Source: Eledone cirrhosa (lineage: Eukaryota). From it: a DNA stretch of 64,000 nt. Positions 25,024 to 39,880 of this stretch are shown piece after piece (within the stretch, counting starts at the first letter, position 1; each line of letters starts with the position of its first letter). Under the pieces are notes generated by a model, which was given only the letters and a program-made list of their open reading frames with translations, ran no database searches and was not told where the DNA came from. Made by a program: the position numbers and the translations under genes. The DNA lies in assembly GCA_964016885.1 (NCBI GenBank), contig OZ024750.1:31558001-31622000 (forward strand), in the 5' to 3' direction.

Positions 25024-25306
25024 GTGGCGTAGAAACACAATACAACAGGAGGAACATAATAGTACCACTGATGATGTTGTAGATGTGCAACGAAAGAACC
25101 TTGTTACACTATATATATGTGTTTAGATCTATTTTATATCTGTATTTTTGACCGTTGGTCAGTCAATGGTAAATATTGAGGACGAAATGCATTAACTGTA
25201 GGGATATAAATGATACAGAAGCGAAAACCAACCAAACAGTGAGTGTGTTCTGTTATTATTTCTGGCAATATTATTACAACAATATGACCCTCCCCAAGTA
25301 TAACAA
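25021..25306 (+). mobile_element. Solo 3' terminus of the PLE at 52651-54983, with hammerhead-like motif at 25062-25107
   Basis: Collinear with 54687-54983: tggcgtag...acaacaggaggaaca...CTGATGA-t-gttgta/tgcaac-GAAA...aaaaccaaccaaacagtgagtgtgttctg...atgaccctcccca-gtataacaa-(TA)n. Confidence 0.85.
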
Positions 25307-25597
25307 TATATATATGCAAAAAGTAACGGAGCCATCAAAGCAAACAGCACAGTACAATGAAGAAATATATTAGTTTAATGCTGATATAGTAGGAAAAGAG
25401 GCTTAACGTTTCGGACAGTATTCCCTCATCAGTATATAAAATGAAAAATAAAAGATGAAATAGGATGATAGAGAGTAAGACGAGAAAGGAATGGAAAAAC
25501 ATATTTGAGAAAAAGCATGTGTGTATCAGTCAGCCTTCTCTTATATAAATACATTTATAATTTTCTTCGTTTACTACCGAAATTGTATATGTTTAAT

Positions 25598-25635
<38 letters not shown>

Positions 25636-25973
25636 GAATAAGGAAAAGCGAAGAAGTTTCAGATGTTCAAGTCTTTTAATAATACTGCTGTGATATATAT
25701 TCCAATGGCGAAATTGGCCACACTGTTCTGTGCGCCAGTTTCGCGACATCGTCAGGCAGCTTGTTACATAATAAGGTTATATTTCCGAGGCAATCCAAAT
25801 TGAATCGACACGGCGCACAGAACAGTGTGGCCACTTTCGCCATTGAAATATATATCACAGCAGTATTATTAAAAGACTTGAACATCTGAAACTACTTCGC
25901 TTTTCCTTATTCGATAATTACTCCGTCACCTCGTTGAGTGCTTGATTGGATTGCATCAATATTTACCCTAAGT
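25636..25973 (+). mobile_element. (TA)n-flanked element with 101-bp inverted repeat
   Basis: Arms 25636-25736 and 25812-25912. The unpaired tail contains GTTGAGTGCTT. Confidence 0.7.
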
Positions 25974-26011
<38 letters not shown>

Positions 26012-26229
26012 TTACAATTGATACGAGGCATTGTGAGATATGTAATAAACGACTGATACGTGTCAGAAATATATAAAGGGCAAAGGATAACATAAACATC
26101 CAAACAAAATAATGTTTTATCGAGCATATTTCAATATAATATTTCAGGGATCACCTTCTTTTCACATGCGAAACGGTAACGGTTCAAAACAAAAACGAAC
26201 AATCCATGTGATCTTCCTTAACTGTTCAC

Positions 26230-26505
26230 AGATGTGGGCTCCAGTCGTTATAATCAACGAAACAGCTCATGAAATTAGTGTGTAAGAGGCTGAGCTTTCC
26301 ATAGACACGTGTACCCTTAAATTTGATTTGAAGGGCATTCAGAGTGACACAATGTATGACAAGCAAGTCCCCTTGAATTACAGATACATCTTGTTTTTGC
26401 CAGCAATGTGGACTGAAGCAACGTGAAGTAAAGCCTCTAGCTTGGGTAGAAACAAACGTTCCGCCAGGAATCGAACTCACAACCATATGATCGAATTCTA
26501 ACAAA
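26230..26505 (-). mobile_element. SINE family 2
   Basis: ggaatcgaactcacaacc (B box on -) and gacacgtgtacccttaa in the 3' part. Confidence 0.7.
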
Positions 26506-27336
26506 TGCTCTCGAGTTTCAAATAATAGGGGAGTCTGGAATAAGTTGGGGATTTGGAATAACCGGGGGATGAGTGGTGGAAAATCGGTAATTCTTTCTAG
26601 ATTGTCTCTGCTGATTCTTTTAAAAATCAGAATTAGCCGATCGGTTTACATATTTGCAGGAATGCACTTTTTTTTCGTGTATAATGGTTTTTAATGTATA
26701 AAGAAAATTGATTGTTACAGGAATGCTACCAATTAAAATAAAATTTCGCCGGAGATTGATTAGCAAAATTTAATAAGGGAGGGGAATAAATTTGAAAAAT
26801 TAATAAGCGGAGACGGGGGACAATTATTTAAGATCAGTAAGCCGGGTGACTCTGAAGAACGCTATTATGACCTCAGATGCCCTGTGGGGGTGGGTGACCT
26901 TGAAAAATTAATGGACAAATAAAATTATACCAAGTATATGTACATAAAAAACTGTATATAGGATATGAGAAATATGTCTTACTAAAACATATTAAACTCT
27001 TACACAGTCGTTTCTTTATAGCATGACTGAAAGAAAGACTGTTCGCTATTTACACAAGCATAAACACACACATGCACACACATACACATGCACACGCACA
27101 CACACGTATGTGTGTATATATATATATATGTTTGTGCGTGTATAAGTATGTTTGTGAGTGTGATCGTGTCGGTCCGTTTAACGAATTGCAACAAATCTGC
27201 AGCTTACATGTTAAAGTGAAAGAGTTTATTAAAGCTTAACCATTAGTCTGTTGCCCTGATTTGGCCCAAATCAAGCAAGCACACACACATACACGCACAC
27301 ACACATACGGAAACATATATATATATATATATATAA

Positions 27337-27409
<73 letters not shown>

Positions 27410-27433
27410 TATTATGTATATATATATATATAT

Positions 27434-27492
<59 letters not shown>

Positions 27493-27497
<5 letters not shown>

Positions 27498-27631
27498 ATA
27501 CTTTGGGAGGGTCATGTTGCCAATAAGAAACACACGCACCAGTTGCTTTCACTTCAATTTATTATAATAAATTGAAGTGAAAGTAACTGGTGCGTGTGTT
27601 TCTTATTGGCAACATGACCCTCCCAAAGTAT

Positions 27632-27636
<5 letters not shown>
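27493..27636. mobile_element. 144-bp spacerless palindrome made of the family D 3' end
   Basis: 72-bp arms, centre 27564/27565, one mismatch. Both ends read atgaccctcccaaagtataacaa-(TA)n. Confidence 0.9.
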
Positions 27637-27685
<49 letters not shown>

Positions 27686-28149
27686 CGGTTTCAGCGCACG
27701 TTTTCAGATAAACAATCTTGCTAAACAAATTCAGAAATGAAATATATATATATATATATAATAGTAATAATAATAAATTTGAAGACTAAAATCCAAAGTG
27801 GGCTCGATAAGGATAAATATATATCAAATATATAAGAACCGTAGAGAAAATATTTATTAAAATAACAGATTAAATTTAAGCAAAGAATCGCTGCTTTCAC
27901 CCTTAACGGGATCTTCTGAAACTAACAAAATCAATCTGTGAACGCAGGAGTAAATATTTCAAAAAACGCTGCAACCGGAGGAAGACAGGAAGACGATACT
28001 TTGGTTCATGGAAACGTTCCCTGGCAAAGAACGGGAAAAGTAAATATATATATATATATATATACATATATATACATTCTTCGTTGCTAATATGATATAT
28101 ATATACACACACACACACACACATACACACACACACACATATATATATT

Positions 28150-28198
<49 letters not shown>

Positions 28199-28202
28199 AT
28201 AT

Positions 28203-28380
28203 ATATCACATAAGCAACGGAGAATCAGAATTTATTAGACATATTACAATCGTTTCTTTTTCTTTGGCGATTGTAATATGTCTATTAAATTTTATTTGTC
28301 GCAACAGTGATTCTCCGTTTCTTATGTGATATCATACTCTGCTCTGTAAGAGCATCGAGCGCTCAAACGGCCTACTGCTT
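28203..28380. repeat. (TA)n-adjacent element with interrupted inverted repeat
   Basis: Arms about 28203-28252 and 28268-28332. tatcatactctgctctgtaagagcat matches 6630-6655 in reverse. Confidence 0.6.
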
Positions 28381-28548
28381 ACGGACGCTTTAAGCATCCC
28401 ACACCAATTATATATATGTATATATATATATATATATACAGAGAGAGATTGATAGATAGATATACACACACGCATACATTTTTATATACGTATATATGTA
28501 TATATATATATATATATGCACATATATACACACACGAACGCACACATA

Positions 28549-28586
<38 letters not shown>

Positions 28587-28914
28587 CACACACATACACA
28601 CAATTTTGAGGACTTCTGCCGGTACCGGCTTCTTGGAAGTCATTATGATAAGACTCAGCAACGGAAGTCTATTTGATGGCCGTTCTACGTGCAGTTTTCA
28701 ATGGTGAAAGTAAACATCACATAACTATATTCTCTTCCTCCCCATTAAGTAAAATAATTGGATCAAAAATAATATATTATGTTAATCAATACAACAATAC
28801 TTGCAGAATTTTATATATATGTATATATATATTACATATCATTTTATTTAACAATGATAACAAAGGGAAGTTATTTTATATATCTCCTTCATTGTTTTAC
28901 TACTACTCCTAATA

Positions 28915-29331
28915 TCGGTTTCTTATATAGGCACGAGGCCAGCAATTTTTGGCGAGGGGATTAAAATCGACTTCAGTGCGTCACTGGTACTTAATTTATG
29001 GACTCCGTAAGGATGAAAGGCAAAATTAACCTCGGCGGGATTGAATTCAGATCATAAAGGGCCGTAACTCTATGCTGCACAGTATGGCGTCCGACCCTCT
29101 ACCGATACTGCCAATTACTGCCCTCAGTACTACTTGTAATAATAATTGTTTCTACGTTTGGCACAAGGCCAGCAATTACCCAGTGCATTACTGGTACTTT
29201 ATTTTATCGACCCCGTAAGGATGAAAGGCAAAGTTAACCTCGGCGGGATTTGAACTCAGAATGGCAAGGGCCGTAACTGTATGCATCAAAGCATGGCGTC
29301 CAACCCTCTACCGATACTGCCAATCCACCGC
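28915..29331 (-). mobile_element. Two tandem SINE family 1 copies (28915-29120; 29146-29331)
   Basis: Each has ggcac(g/a)aggccagcaatt...ggatgaaaggcaaa...ccctctaccgatactgccaat. Confidence 0.85.
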
Positions 29332-29759
29332 ATAATGATAATAATTAGGGAACAAAGAATCAGTGTTGCATCATATACATATTATACATATTTGATATCA
29401 CATATTACATTTTTCACTGCCGATCATATCAAGGAACGATCGGTCATGTTCGTTCCTGACTTCGTTCCTGGAATCGATAGCTCCTCAGATATGTGTTCTC
29501 ACACGTAGACTCACGTCCAAATGTTGCTGAAGACTCACGATTTTTTATTTTGGGTTATCACAGACTTTGTTAAAAGAATGGGTCATCGTCAATTTCTTCA
29601 TGCTAAATTCTATTTGGTCAAATCTCCGGGTTAGGTGACCAAGAATTCAACATCGTTCACTGTCATTCATTGGCCACGTTGGTAAATTATGCTGGGTGGG
29701 TGCATGCTCGATATTTGTGTGTGTGAGTGTGTGTGTGTTAGTGTGTATATAACCTGGGA

Positions 29760-30065
29760 AGTAGCTGGTAGATGTTCGCCTCGTGATCAGACTACGCGTT
29801 CGATCTCACTGCATAGTATTTCGGGCTAAAGCATAGTTCTACGTTCGACCAGACTTAGGCGAGTACTGTTTGGTAGACGAAACGCTGTTTGAAGCTCGTC
29901 AAACCACAGTACCCGTAATTCAAAGAACCAGCCTTGTCATAGAGTTTTACGCTGAATCTGCCCGAGAATTAGGATAAAATTACACATAGCTGTGTTATGG
30001 TCAGGCAATTGTTCGTTAATTTCCCCAATAGGGGGTTCTGCTGATCGACCAATTGAAACGACCAA
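29760..30065 (+). mobile_element. SINE family 2, degenerate
   Basis: gcgttcgatctc B-box-like; gctgaatctgcccgagaattagg 3' part. Confidence 0.55.
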
Positions 30066-30399
30066 CCAATTTCATTATATGTTAATTAATAGAATTTATT
30101 TCTCCATGGGGAAAATACTGATATTCCTAGAGGATATATTTAAGGAGTATATTGTGTAGGTTTAAACATAAGTCCTGATCAGTCACTAGCTTAATGTCTG
30201 TATATAGAGCAGCTCTAATTTGTAAATATCCCTGTGTAACAACTAGTATGTGTTACTCTTGTCCTTATACCGGTATTGGTTTCATTTCGATGTTTTTATG
30301 TCGCAGAACTGTATCACACATACTAATGTATTTCCTGATCTAGGATTGCGAATTTAAAGAAATTGCAGGAACGATGATTATTACTTATTAACTAAAATG

Positions 30400-31165
30400 T
30401 TAGTTTGGAAGGCGCCCTGACCCAAAATTGGACTATATCTCCTTTATTACTTATTGCACATCATTCACGCATGAAAGTGTCGTATGACAACATGAAGTTG
30501 CTTTTAGAAGTTGTACAGAATCAGAAATATAATGGAACCTCTGTGAAGATCTGAAGATAAGAGCTCTTTTGCTAGGGAGGCAACAATGCTAACCAAATAC
30601 TATTGTTATATATTTTTTGTGTTTTTGCATTTCACAGCAGAAAGGAAACCGTCACGTCCAAATGATTAGCTAAAAGGTATTTCAGATGTTTCAGGTAAAA
30701 AAAAAATTAAATGAATTTTTTTCAGATTTTCGCTTGTTGGATCCTGAGGAAATATACTCTCCCTCTATGTATCAAACTTGGACTTACGGAAACACATTGC
30801 TAAAACAATGGAAACAATGCAAATTGGATTCAAATAATGCAGGAATAAGGAATAAGGAATAGAGTTCTTCTCTACACGGGAGGAGGATTGTTGCGAGATG
30901 TGAGATTAAAATAAGAGGTGAATAAACTGAGAAATGTTTGTGGCAAAGTTTCAAATCAGTGTTTGCATACTTTTGGGAAATCACAAGGCTGAAAAATGTT
31001 TGTGAAATAGTAGGTGGCCTTTTGAAGTTTTACCAATCAATGGGAAGAAACAATTCATTAAAAGGTTTATTTCTTGGATATTATTTTCGAAAACCCCTGG
31101 GTACTGTAGGTGGTGATTATGGTGAGAAGTTTTATTTGATGTTTGCATCATGGAGTGGAGGTACC
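30400..31165 (+). pseudogene. Decayed DNA transposase, Chapaev3-like (CMC group)
   Basis: Across frameshifts: IAHHSRMKVSYDNMKLLLE, NLCEDLKIRALLLGRQ, TKYYC, PLCIKLGL, WQSFKSV, LGNHKAE, LLKFYQSMGRNNSLK, LGTVGGDYGEKFY, MEWRY. Order matches motifs I recall from Chapaev3 transposases. Confidence 0.7.
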
Positions 31166-31175
31166 ACACAGTTAA

Positions 31176-32500
<1,325 letters not shown>

Positions 32501-32651
32501 ATAAACTAATACATAGGATTATGCGGAACTATAATATCTGATAGAGGTCAACTGATAAGCAGGATTTCCTTATTATGTTCCATTTTATTATTTTCTGTGG
32601 TTTATTGTCTCCTTACCGCTCTCCTTTTTCTCTTTTTTTGAATTACATACA

Positions 32652-33206
32652 CTAGCAGACCTCCGACCCTCCCGGGTGGTTTTACTGTTAGCATGTATAG
32701 TGTGCATATTGATATTATATGCAAATATATATGTAGATATGATGCATGTAGATATGATACATCAAATAAAAATCATAATTGACAATATGCACAGAAATTG
32801 AAGAGAGACTGTGTTACACTCTCTTCTGTAATCAGTAAAGTAATCCATGATACATTTAAAAAAGACGATATTATATATAAACTGCATTACTGTGAAATTT
32901 AATGAAAACAAAAAAGAAAGAACATTAGCGACGGAAATATGAATGTTATATAACGATGCAAATATATTAACTTTTATATAGCGATATGTGATATAGCGTC
33001 CGTTATACCATAACCGGAAAGTATTGAAATTGAAACATTTTAAAAGAAGTAAATCTTAGAATAGTCAGTCATTATATGTAAGAATATTTACGTTTAATCA
33101 ACAGCTACGAAATTTAGTACATAAATTATGTAATATTCAACTCATTTTACTAAGGATAAAAAAATATATTTAGGACACAGTCCCACACTCAACCCTTTAT
33201 TATATA
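32652..33206 (-). mobile_element. Non-autonomous Helitron-like element
   Basis: Reverse-complement homologue of 42570-43228; - strand ends ccacccgggagggtcgg...gCTAG|t. Confidence 0.7.
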
Positions 33207-33334
33207 TATTTAAATGTATCCAGGTGAGCACTCGATGTTTAGGTTCCCGTCTGTATCGAGGTGTAGATCTAGACAGAGTGTGGTATAATAAAGTAAAGTA
33301 AAACAAGGACGACTGGTTACTCCTTCATTACGTT

Positions 33335-33387
<53 letters not shown>

Positions 33388-33550
33388 AAAAAAAGATGAA
33401 ATCGAAAATGCAACTGGAGTCTCTTTTTTTTATAAATATATATTTATTTGTTTCCTTTACCGGTTTTGCAGTTCTTCTGCTTTTAATAAGTACAATTGAG
33501 ATGGAGGGTTTCTGGTTTTTCTCACATTATATATATATATATATATATAA

Positions 33551-33815
33551 ATCATCATCACCAGGTCGAGCTTTCTCGGCTTTCTACGACACGTTTCCTC
33601 CAACCATCTCTGTCTCTCACAGCGTTTGCCAGTTCTTCCGCAGTGCATCCAGTATCGTCCTCAAGTTACTTGACGTATGTCTTCTTGGGACGACCAGCGT
33701 TTCTTGCTCCATGAGATGGACTCCATAACAACACATCACCTGCTATTTATTCCTTGCTGCTCCAACAATGGCCAGCAAATCTGAGTCTCTGTCCACGTAT
33801 TGACCTGCTGATAGG
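33551..33815 (-). mobile_element. RTE-type LINE 3' fragment
   Basis: - strand: QRLRFAGHCW...LLWSPSHGARNAGRPKKTYV...DTG...VRDRDGWRKRV, then a (TGA)n tail. Confidence 0.8.
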
Positions 33816-33944
33816 TGGTATATTGCCATAGAGATCCTTATTTGTTGGGTGTTCCGTCCAAGACACGTTTAAAGCAGCACATAGGTATATATATGTGTAT
33901 GTTTGTACGTATTAGAAGATTTCTGTATACTTATTTGCGTGTGC

Positions 33945-34215
33945 GTGGAGGCGTGTGGCTTAGTGTATGGGGCGTTGAGTTTACAAGGGTAAAGTTGTAA
34001 GTTCGAATCCAGGACTTGGTGGTGTGTGTTCTTCGGCAAAACACTTAATTTCATGTTCCAGTTCACTCAGCTGTAGAAATGAGTTGCGACATCACTTCTT
34101 TCCCTTCGACAACATCGGTGTAGTGGAGAAGGTCAACCAAGGAAAACTGATTGTAGAAAGTGTAGCATCAATGGCGGTGCCCCAGAATGGCTTCAGCCAG
34201 TCGGCTGGAACACAT
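33945..34215 (+). mobile_element. tRNA-derived SINE (third type)
   Basis: TGGCTTAGTG A box and AGTTCGAATCC B box, followed by ttcggcaaaacacttaattt...gttcactcagctg. Confidence 0.65.
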
Positions 34216-34395
34216 GATAAAGTAATAGAGTCATATATATATACACATATATATGATCTGTGATATAGTACAACTACTGTAATTGGATTAAATTCTGAAC
34301 TGTCTTTTACCAATCTTGCAGTGGACTATAAAATCACATTTGAATTGTAAAGTACTCTTTGACTTATATGTTTGTTTTACCAACTTGTCTAAACT

Positions 34396-34572
34396 ATGGC
34401 AGTATCGGTAGAGGGTCGGACGCCATGCTTTGACGCATAGAGTTACGACCCTTGCCATTGAGTTTAAATCACGAGGTTAACTTTGCCTTTCATACATACG
34501 GGGTCTATAAAATAAAGTACCAGTAATACACTTGGTAATTGCTGGCCCTATGCCAAAAGTAGAAAGAATTAT
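34396..34572 (+). mobile_element. SINE family 1
   Basis: tggcagtatcggtagagggtcggacgccatgc...gttaactttgcctttcat...gtagaaagaatt. Confidence 0.85.
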
Positions 34573-35263
34573 ATATATATATACAAGTAGAACCTTAGTA
34601 AAATCGAAGCTTTGACTGTGGCCAAACAAAGTCGACCTACAATAAGGAATGAGTTAGCAAAGCACTCATTGAAACCTAGAGCCGACCATATGCTAAACAT
34701 CCGTCAGGTTAGCTAACGACTTCAACGTCTTTGAGTGACCATTCATTTAATCTCAATGTAAACACCGTATTGGCTACAACAATATAATATACTGATACAT
34801 AGAAAACATTTTTGTTGGAATATTCCCGTTTAACTAATAGCATTGATTTGTCATATTGGTGCCAACAGTAATTAATAAACATTACTAAATAACCTTCACA
34901 CGCACGCATTCTCACACACACGCACACATACATATATATATATGTGCGCGCGTACATACCCACACACACGCACAGACACACACACACATACACACACATA
35001 TATATCTATATATATATCCTCCATTTCCACCAAACGTGAACCTAATGTAACTGTGTACAATTTCCGCCTGTGTATTGTTCGTTCATTTTCAACTATAAAT
35101 ATATATACTACTATATATGTAAAAGTTCTATTTAAATTGTTGGGGTACAACAAGCAAATATTTTTATAACTGATATAAAGCACTCAACAAATATTTGGAG
35201 TAAAAATACGATATTAACAAATGGAAACTATATTTATAAACCATATTTATTTCATTATACATT

Positions 35264-35328
35264 TATTTCATTATACATATTTCAAGGACACCAAGTTAAA
35301 TTATGGTGTGCTTTCATCAGACAAAATA
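35264..35328 (-). ncRNA. Minimal type I hammerhead motif, family B (element about 35120-35415)
   Basis: tattttgt-CTGATGA-aagcacacca/tggtgtcctt-GAAA-tatgt-ATA-atgaaata. Confidence 0.8.
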
Positions 35329-35418
35329 TAATATAGATCAGTTTTATAAATAAATATTGACATACCCTTAAAAAATGCAACCATTACTGTTGGAATCTCC
35401 CGGATAGTATACTACTAC

Positions 35419-35598
<180 letters not shown>

Positions 35599-35836
35599 GG
35601 AGTGAGAGATAGAGTGCTGTGGTGGTGTGTAGGGTGGGTAGAGAAAGTAATAGGATCCCGACCGCAGGATTTTGGAAAACCGCCACGAAAGAGGCTTACT
35701 GAGTATGTAGGCCGTAACCGCTTGGTGCCGCAGACGGGATATTTCTTCTCTACCCTCCTATCTCTGGCTCTCTCTGTCTCTTTCGGTCTCTCTCTCTCTC
35801 TCTCTCTCTCTTGCTCACCCTCTCGCTCTCCCTCTT

Positions 35837-35929
<93 letters not shown>

Positions 35930-35952
35930 TATTTATATATATATATAAATAT

Positions 35953-36297
35953 ATATTAATTCAAAATATTAACACAAATAGACACTCGTGTGATCAAGTA
36001 TATTTTATTATACATATTTCAGAGGTACTGAGCTCTCTTCATGACTGAATCTTAACCACCTATTGAGTCAGGGTATGTCATGCATCATCAAATTTTATCT
36101 GATGATGCCGTACCGTTGAAGATAGCTCAGTACCTCTGAAATATGTATAATAAAATATACTTGCTCACACGAATGTCTATTTTTGTTAATATTTTGAATT
36201 AATATTAATAACTCCGGAAAACCAAACTGTTGAGTGCTTCCAATCTATTGTAAAACTCATTCTTTGATTTATTCATTGAACCTTGTTTAACCTTTAA

Positions 36298-36298
<1 letters not shown>
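35953..36298 (+). mobile_element. Family A terminus with ~88-bp inverted repeat; hammerhead at 36092-36156
   Basis: Arms about 35953-36040 and 36117-36205. attttat-CTGATGA(36099-36105)...GAAA(36138-36141)-tatgt-ATA-ataaaat. Confidence 0.8.
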
Positions 36299-36329
<31 letters not shown>

Positions 36330-36354
36330 GATATTAATAAATAGAAACCATATT

Positions 36355-36415
36355 TATTCTATTATATATATTTCAAGGGCACCAAAACTTTGGTACGCCC
36401 TCATCAGATAAAATA
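36355..36415 (-). ncRNA. Minimal type I hammerhead motif, family B (element about 36330-36615, inverted arrangement)
   Basis: tattttat-CTGATGA-gggcgtacca/tggtgccctt-GAAA-tatat-ATA-atagaata. Confidence 0.78.
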
Positions 36416-37004
36416 CAAAGTCTGTTTTATAAATATCCAGGAACGAGACCTTCAGCGTTCAAGTTTTACCTGGATAGAATAAATATGGTTTTATAAATAT
36501 AGATTTGATTTATTAATATCATTGATATTATACTCCAGAAAACTGTCGAGTGCTTCGAATCAGTTATAAATATATATATTTGTTGAATTACCAACAAATT
36601 AAATATCTCTTTGCTTATATATATATATACTGTACACACACATATACATACATATATATATATATATATTGGAAAATGTGTGTAATCCTTGGTACAGGTA
36701 GGTATATTAAGATAGGGGGGAAGAAAAAATTGCTTCACTTGTGCTTTCAACAAATTTATTTTCTTTACAAAATCCAAAAAGAATTTTTCTTAAAAAAAAT
36801 TATTTTATAAATTAAGTTGTTGGTTGTTGGTTAGGTCTTAGGAGTTCTTGGTTAACGTAGGAGGTATTGTTTCGTTTTTAGAAAGACCTTTCACGCTGAG
36901 GTGCGCTTGTCAAATATATATATATTCATTTATTGATTTCAGTTATATTATGAATCTACTAGGTCTCACACACACACACACACACACACACGCACCATGT
37001 ATAT

Positions 37005-37076
<72 letters not shown>

Positions 37077-37284
37077 GGTGATCCGTATACGCACGGAAGT
37101 AAATCACAGTTAAAGTGAGGTACTCAATACATCATTTAGAGAGAATTTGTTTTTGAAGGGGACACTTTCTTTCATGTATGAATGTACGTGTGCGTGTGTG
37201 TGTGTATGTGTATGTGTGCATGTGTGTGTGTGTATGCACGTATGTATGCATGTATCTATGCATATATGTATATATATATATATG

Positions 37285-37373
<89 letters not shown>

Positions 37374-37412
37374 GTATATATATATATATGTATATATGTA
37401 TATATATATATA

Positions 37413-37712
37413 TGCCTTTCCTTTCTTCTATCCTACGCCATTTTTCAAAAATGGCGTAGGATAGAAGAAAGGAAAGGCACAGAAACGAAGAAAGGAATCC
37501 CCAGTCACTGAAGAGGTCACAGAGTGTGTGACGAAAGGACTATGACTATATATATAAACAACTATCTGGTTGTGGAACCAACCAACCAACCAGAAATTTA
37601 TAAGTTTGTAGATTTGTAAATTTATAAATTTATAAATATATAATAAATTGAAGTGAAAGCAACTGGTGCGTGTGTTTCTTATTGGCAACATGACCCTCCC
37701 AAAGTATAACAA
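37413..37712 (+). mobile_element. Family D terminus with 33-bp perfect fold-back
   Basis: Arms 37413-37445 and 37447-37479. Ends atgaccctcccaaagtataacaa-(TA)n. Confidence 0.85.
37503..37547 (+). ncRNA. Minimal type I hammerhead motif, family D
   Basis: agtca-CTGAAGA-g-gtcaca(gagtg)tgtgac-GAAA-gga-CTA-tgact. Stems I and II are perfect. Confidence 0.85.
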
Positions 37713-37768
37713 TATATATATATGTATATATAAGGAACTGTTTCATTGTTTTATTCATTATTTGTTTA

Positions 37769-37805
<37 letters not shown>

Positions 37806-38232
37806 GTGTGTGTCTGTGAGTACGTATGTATGTAAGTACTTTGTACGTACGTACTTATCAGCAGGCTTCTTAAATTCTAGCAGACATCTTAAATTCCAGA
37901 GCGCAATATTTACAAAGTGATATATTGGAGAGAAAGAAGAGAGAAGTGGAGTGATGGAGATTGTGTGAAAAGTGATTGGGACGAACTGGTAGATGGTGGG
38001 AAAGAGAGATAACAACAGAAATCAGTGTCCCATTGGGAAAGAAATGTCTGTTATAGTTTAAAGATGTCCAACTCTGTTGCTTCTCTTCGAATTTTCCACT
38101 CGTACGTTCTTCCTTCTCTATTCCTCTCCCTTATCTTTTTGTTTTATCAACATTTCTTTTCTTTCGTTCTTTTGCCATTTTCTCTCTTCTTTTCACTATT
38201 TTTTTCTTTCTTATTTTCCCTTCAACTCTCAC

Positions 38233-38289
<57 letters not shown>

Positions 38290-38478
38290 CACTTCCATTC
38301 TCGCTTCATCTCTCTCTCTTATTTACCTTTCAACTCTCACATCTTCTCTCTCTCTCTCTTATTTTCTCTTCAACTTCACGTCTTCTCTCTCTCTCTCACT
38401 CTCTCTTATTTTCCTTTCAACTCTCACATCTCCCCCTCACTCTCTCTCTCTCTTATTTTCCCTTAAATTCTCTCCTTC

Positions 38479-38515
<37 letters not shown>

Positions 38516-38685
38516 CACCACCCCACTCTCAAGACCGTGAAACTAATAAACCTTTGTTCGTACTGCCTCTCTGTTTTGTTCCCGTTCAATTTTTTACTAT
38601 ATATATATAGAGTAAACCTCTTCAAATGAAGTTGATGTTTATTACGGCATGTCGAATATATTTATCTATAAAACTGTTTATATTG

Positions 38686-38751
38686 TATTTTGTCTGATGA
38701 AGGCATAACATATTGTTAATATGATATCCCCGAAATATATATAATGAAATA
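38686..38751 (+). ncRNA. Hammerhead motif, family B (element about 38660-38885)
   Basis: tattttgt-CTGATGA(38694-38700)...GAAA(38732-38735)-tatat-ATA-atgaaata. Stem II is partly mismatched. Confidence 0.65.
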
Positions 38752-39134
38752 GATATGGTTTTATAAATATAGTTTTCCATTTATTTAATATTGTAAATAT
38801 ACTCCAAATATTTGTCGAGTGCTTTTATATCAGTTATAAATATTTACTAGTTGTAACCCAACAATTTTAAATATAACTTTACATATATATATATATATAT
38901 ATTTCTTCTCCATTGTTTATTTATTCATCATTGGAATCATTGTATTTCGAATATTTTTTCTTCTTTCTGTCTTGTTATTATTTCTGTAATTATATAGTTA
39001 CTTCTTATATATTGCATTATCTCTATTTTTTCCTCTCAATTCAGTCCTTTCATCATCTATCTAGCAATCTAGTTTTTATAGTCGTCTACTTGTTACAGCC
39101 GATGGTTGAAGCCACATTGGGGCGCAGGTATTAA

Positions 39135-39880
<746 letters not shown>

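Noticed and set aside
25400-25440. - strand CTGATGA-gggaatactgtcc-GAAACGTTA hammerhead-like core
   Set aside because: Core and a short stem II are present, but the stem I strands do not pair; kept out of the feature list.
26507-26843. Possible MITE (ctctcgag...aaataatagggg / ggggg.caattattt)
   Set aside because: Terminal inverted repeats are too degenerate to support by eye.
30615-30700. Apparent exon (polypyrimidine + cacag ... cag|gtaaaa)
   Set aside because: Stops in all three frames, and it lies inside the decayed transposase.
33945-34015. tRNA genes suggested by A/B boxes (also 23300, 24365, 60932)
   Set aside because: No full cloverleaf, and the boxes continue into shared SINE bodies.
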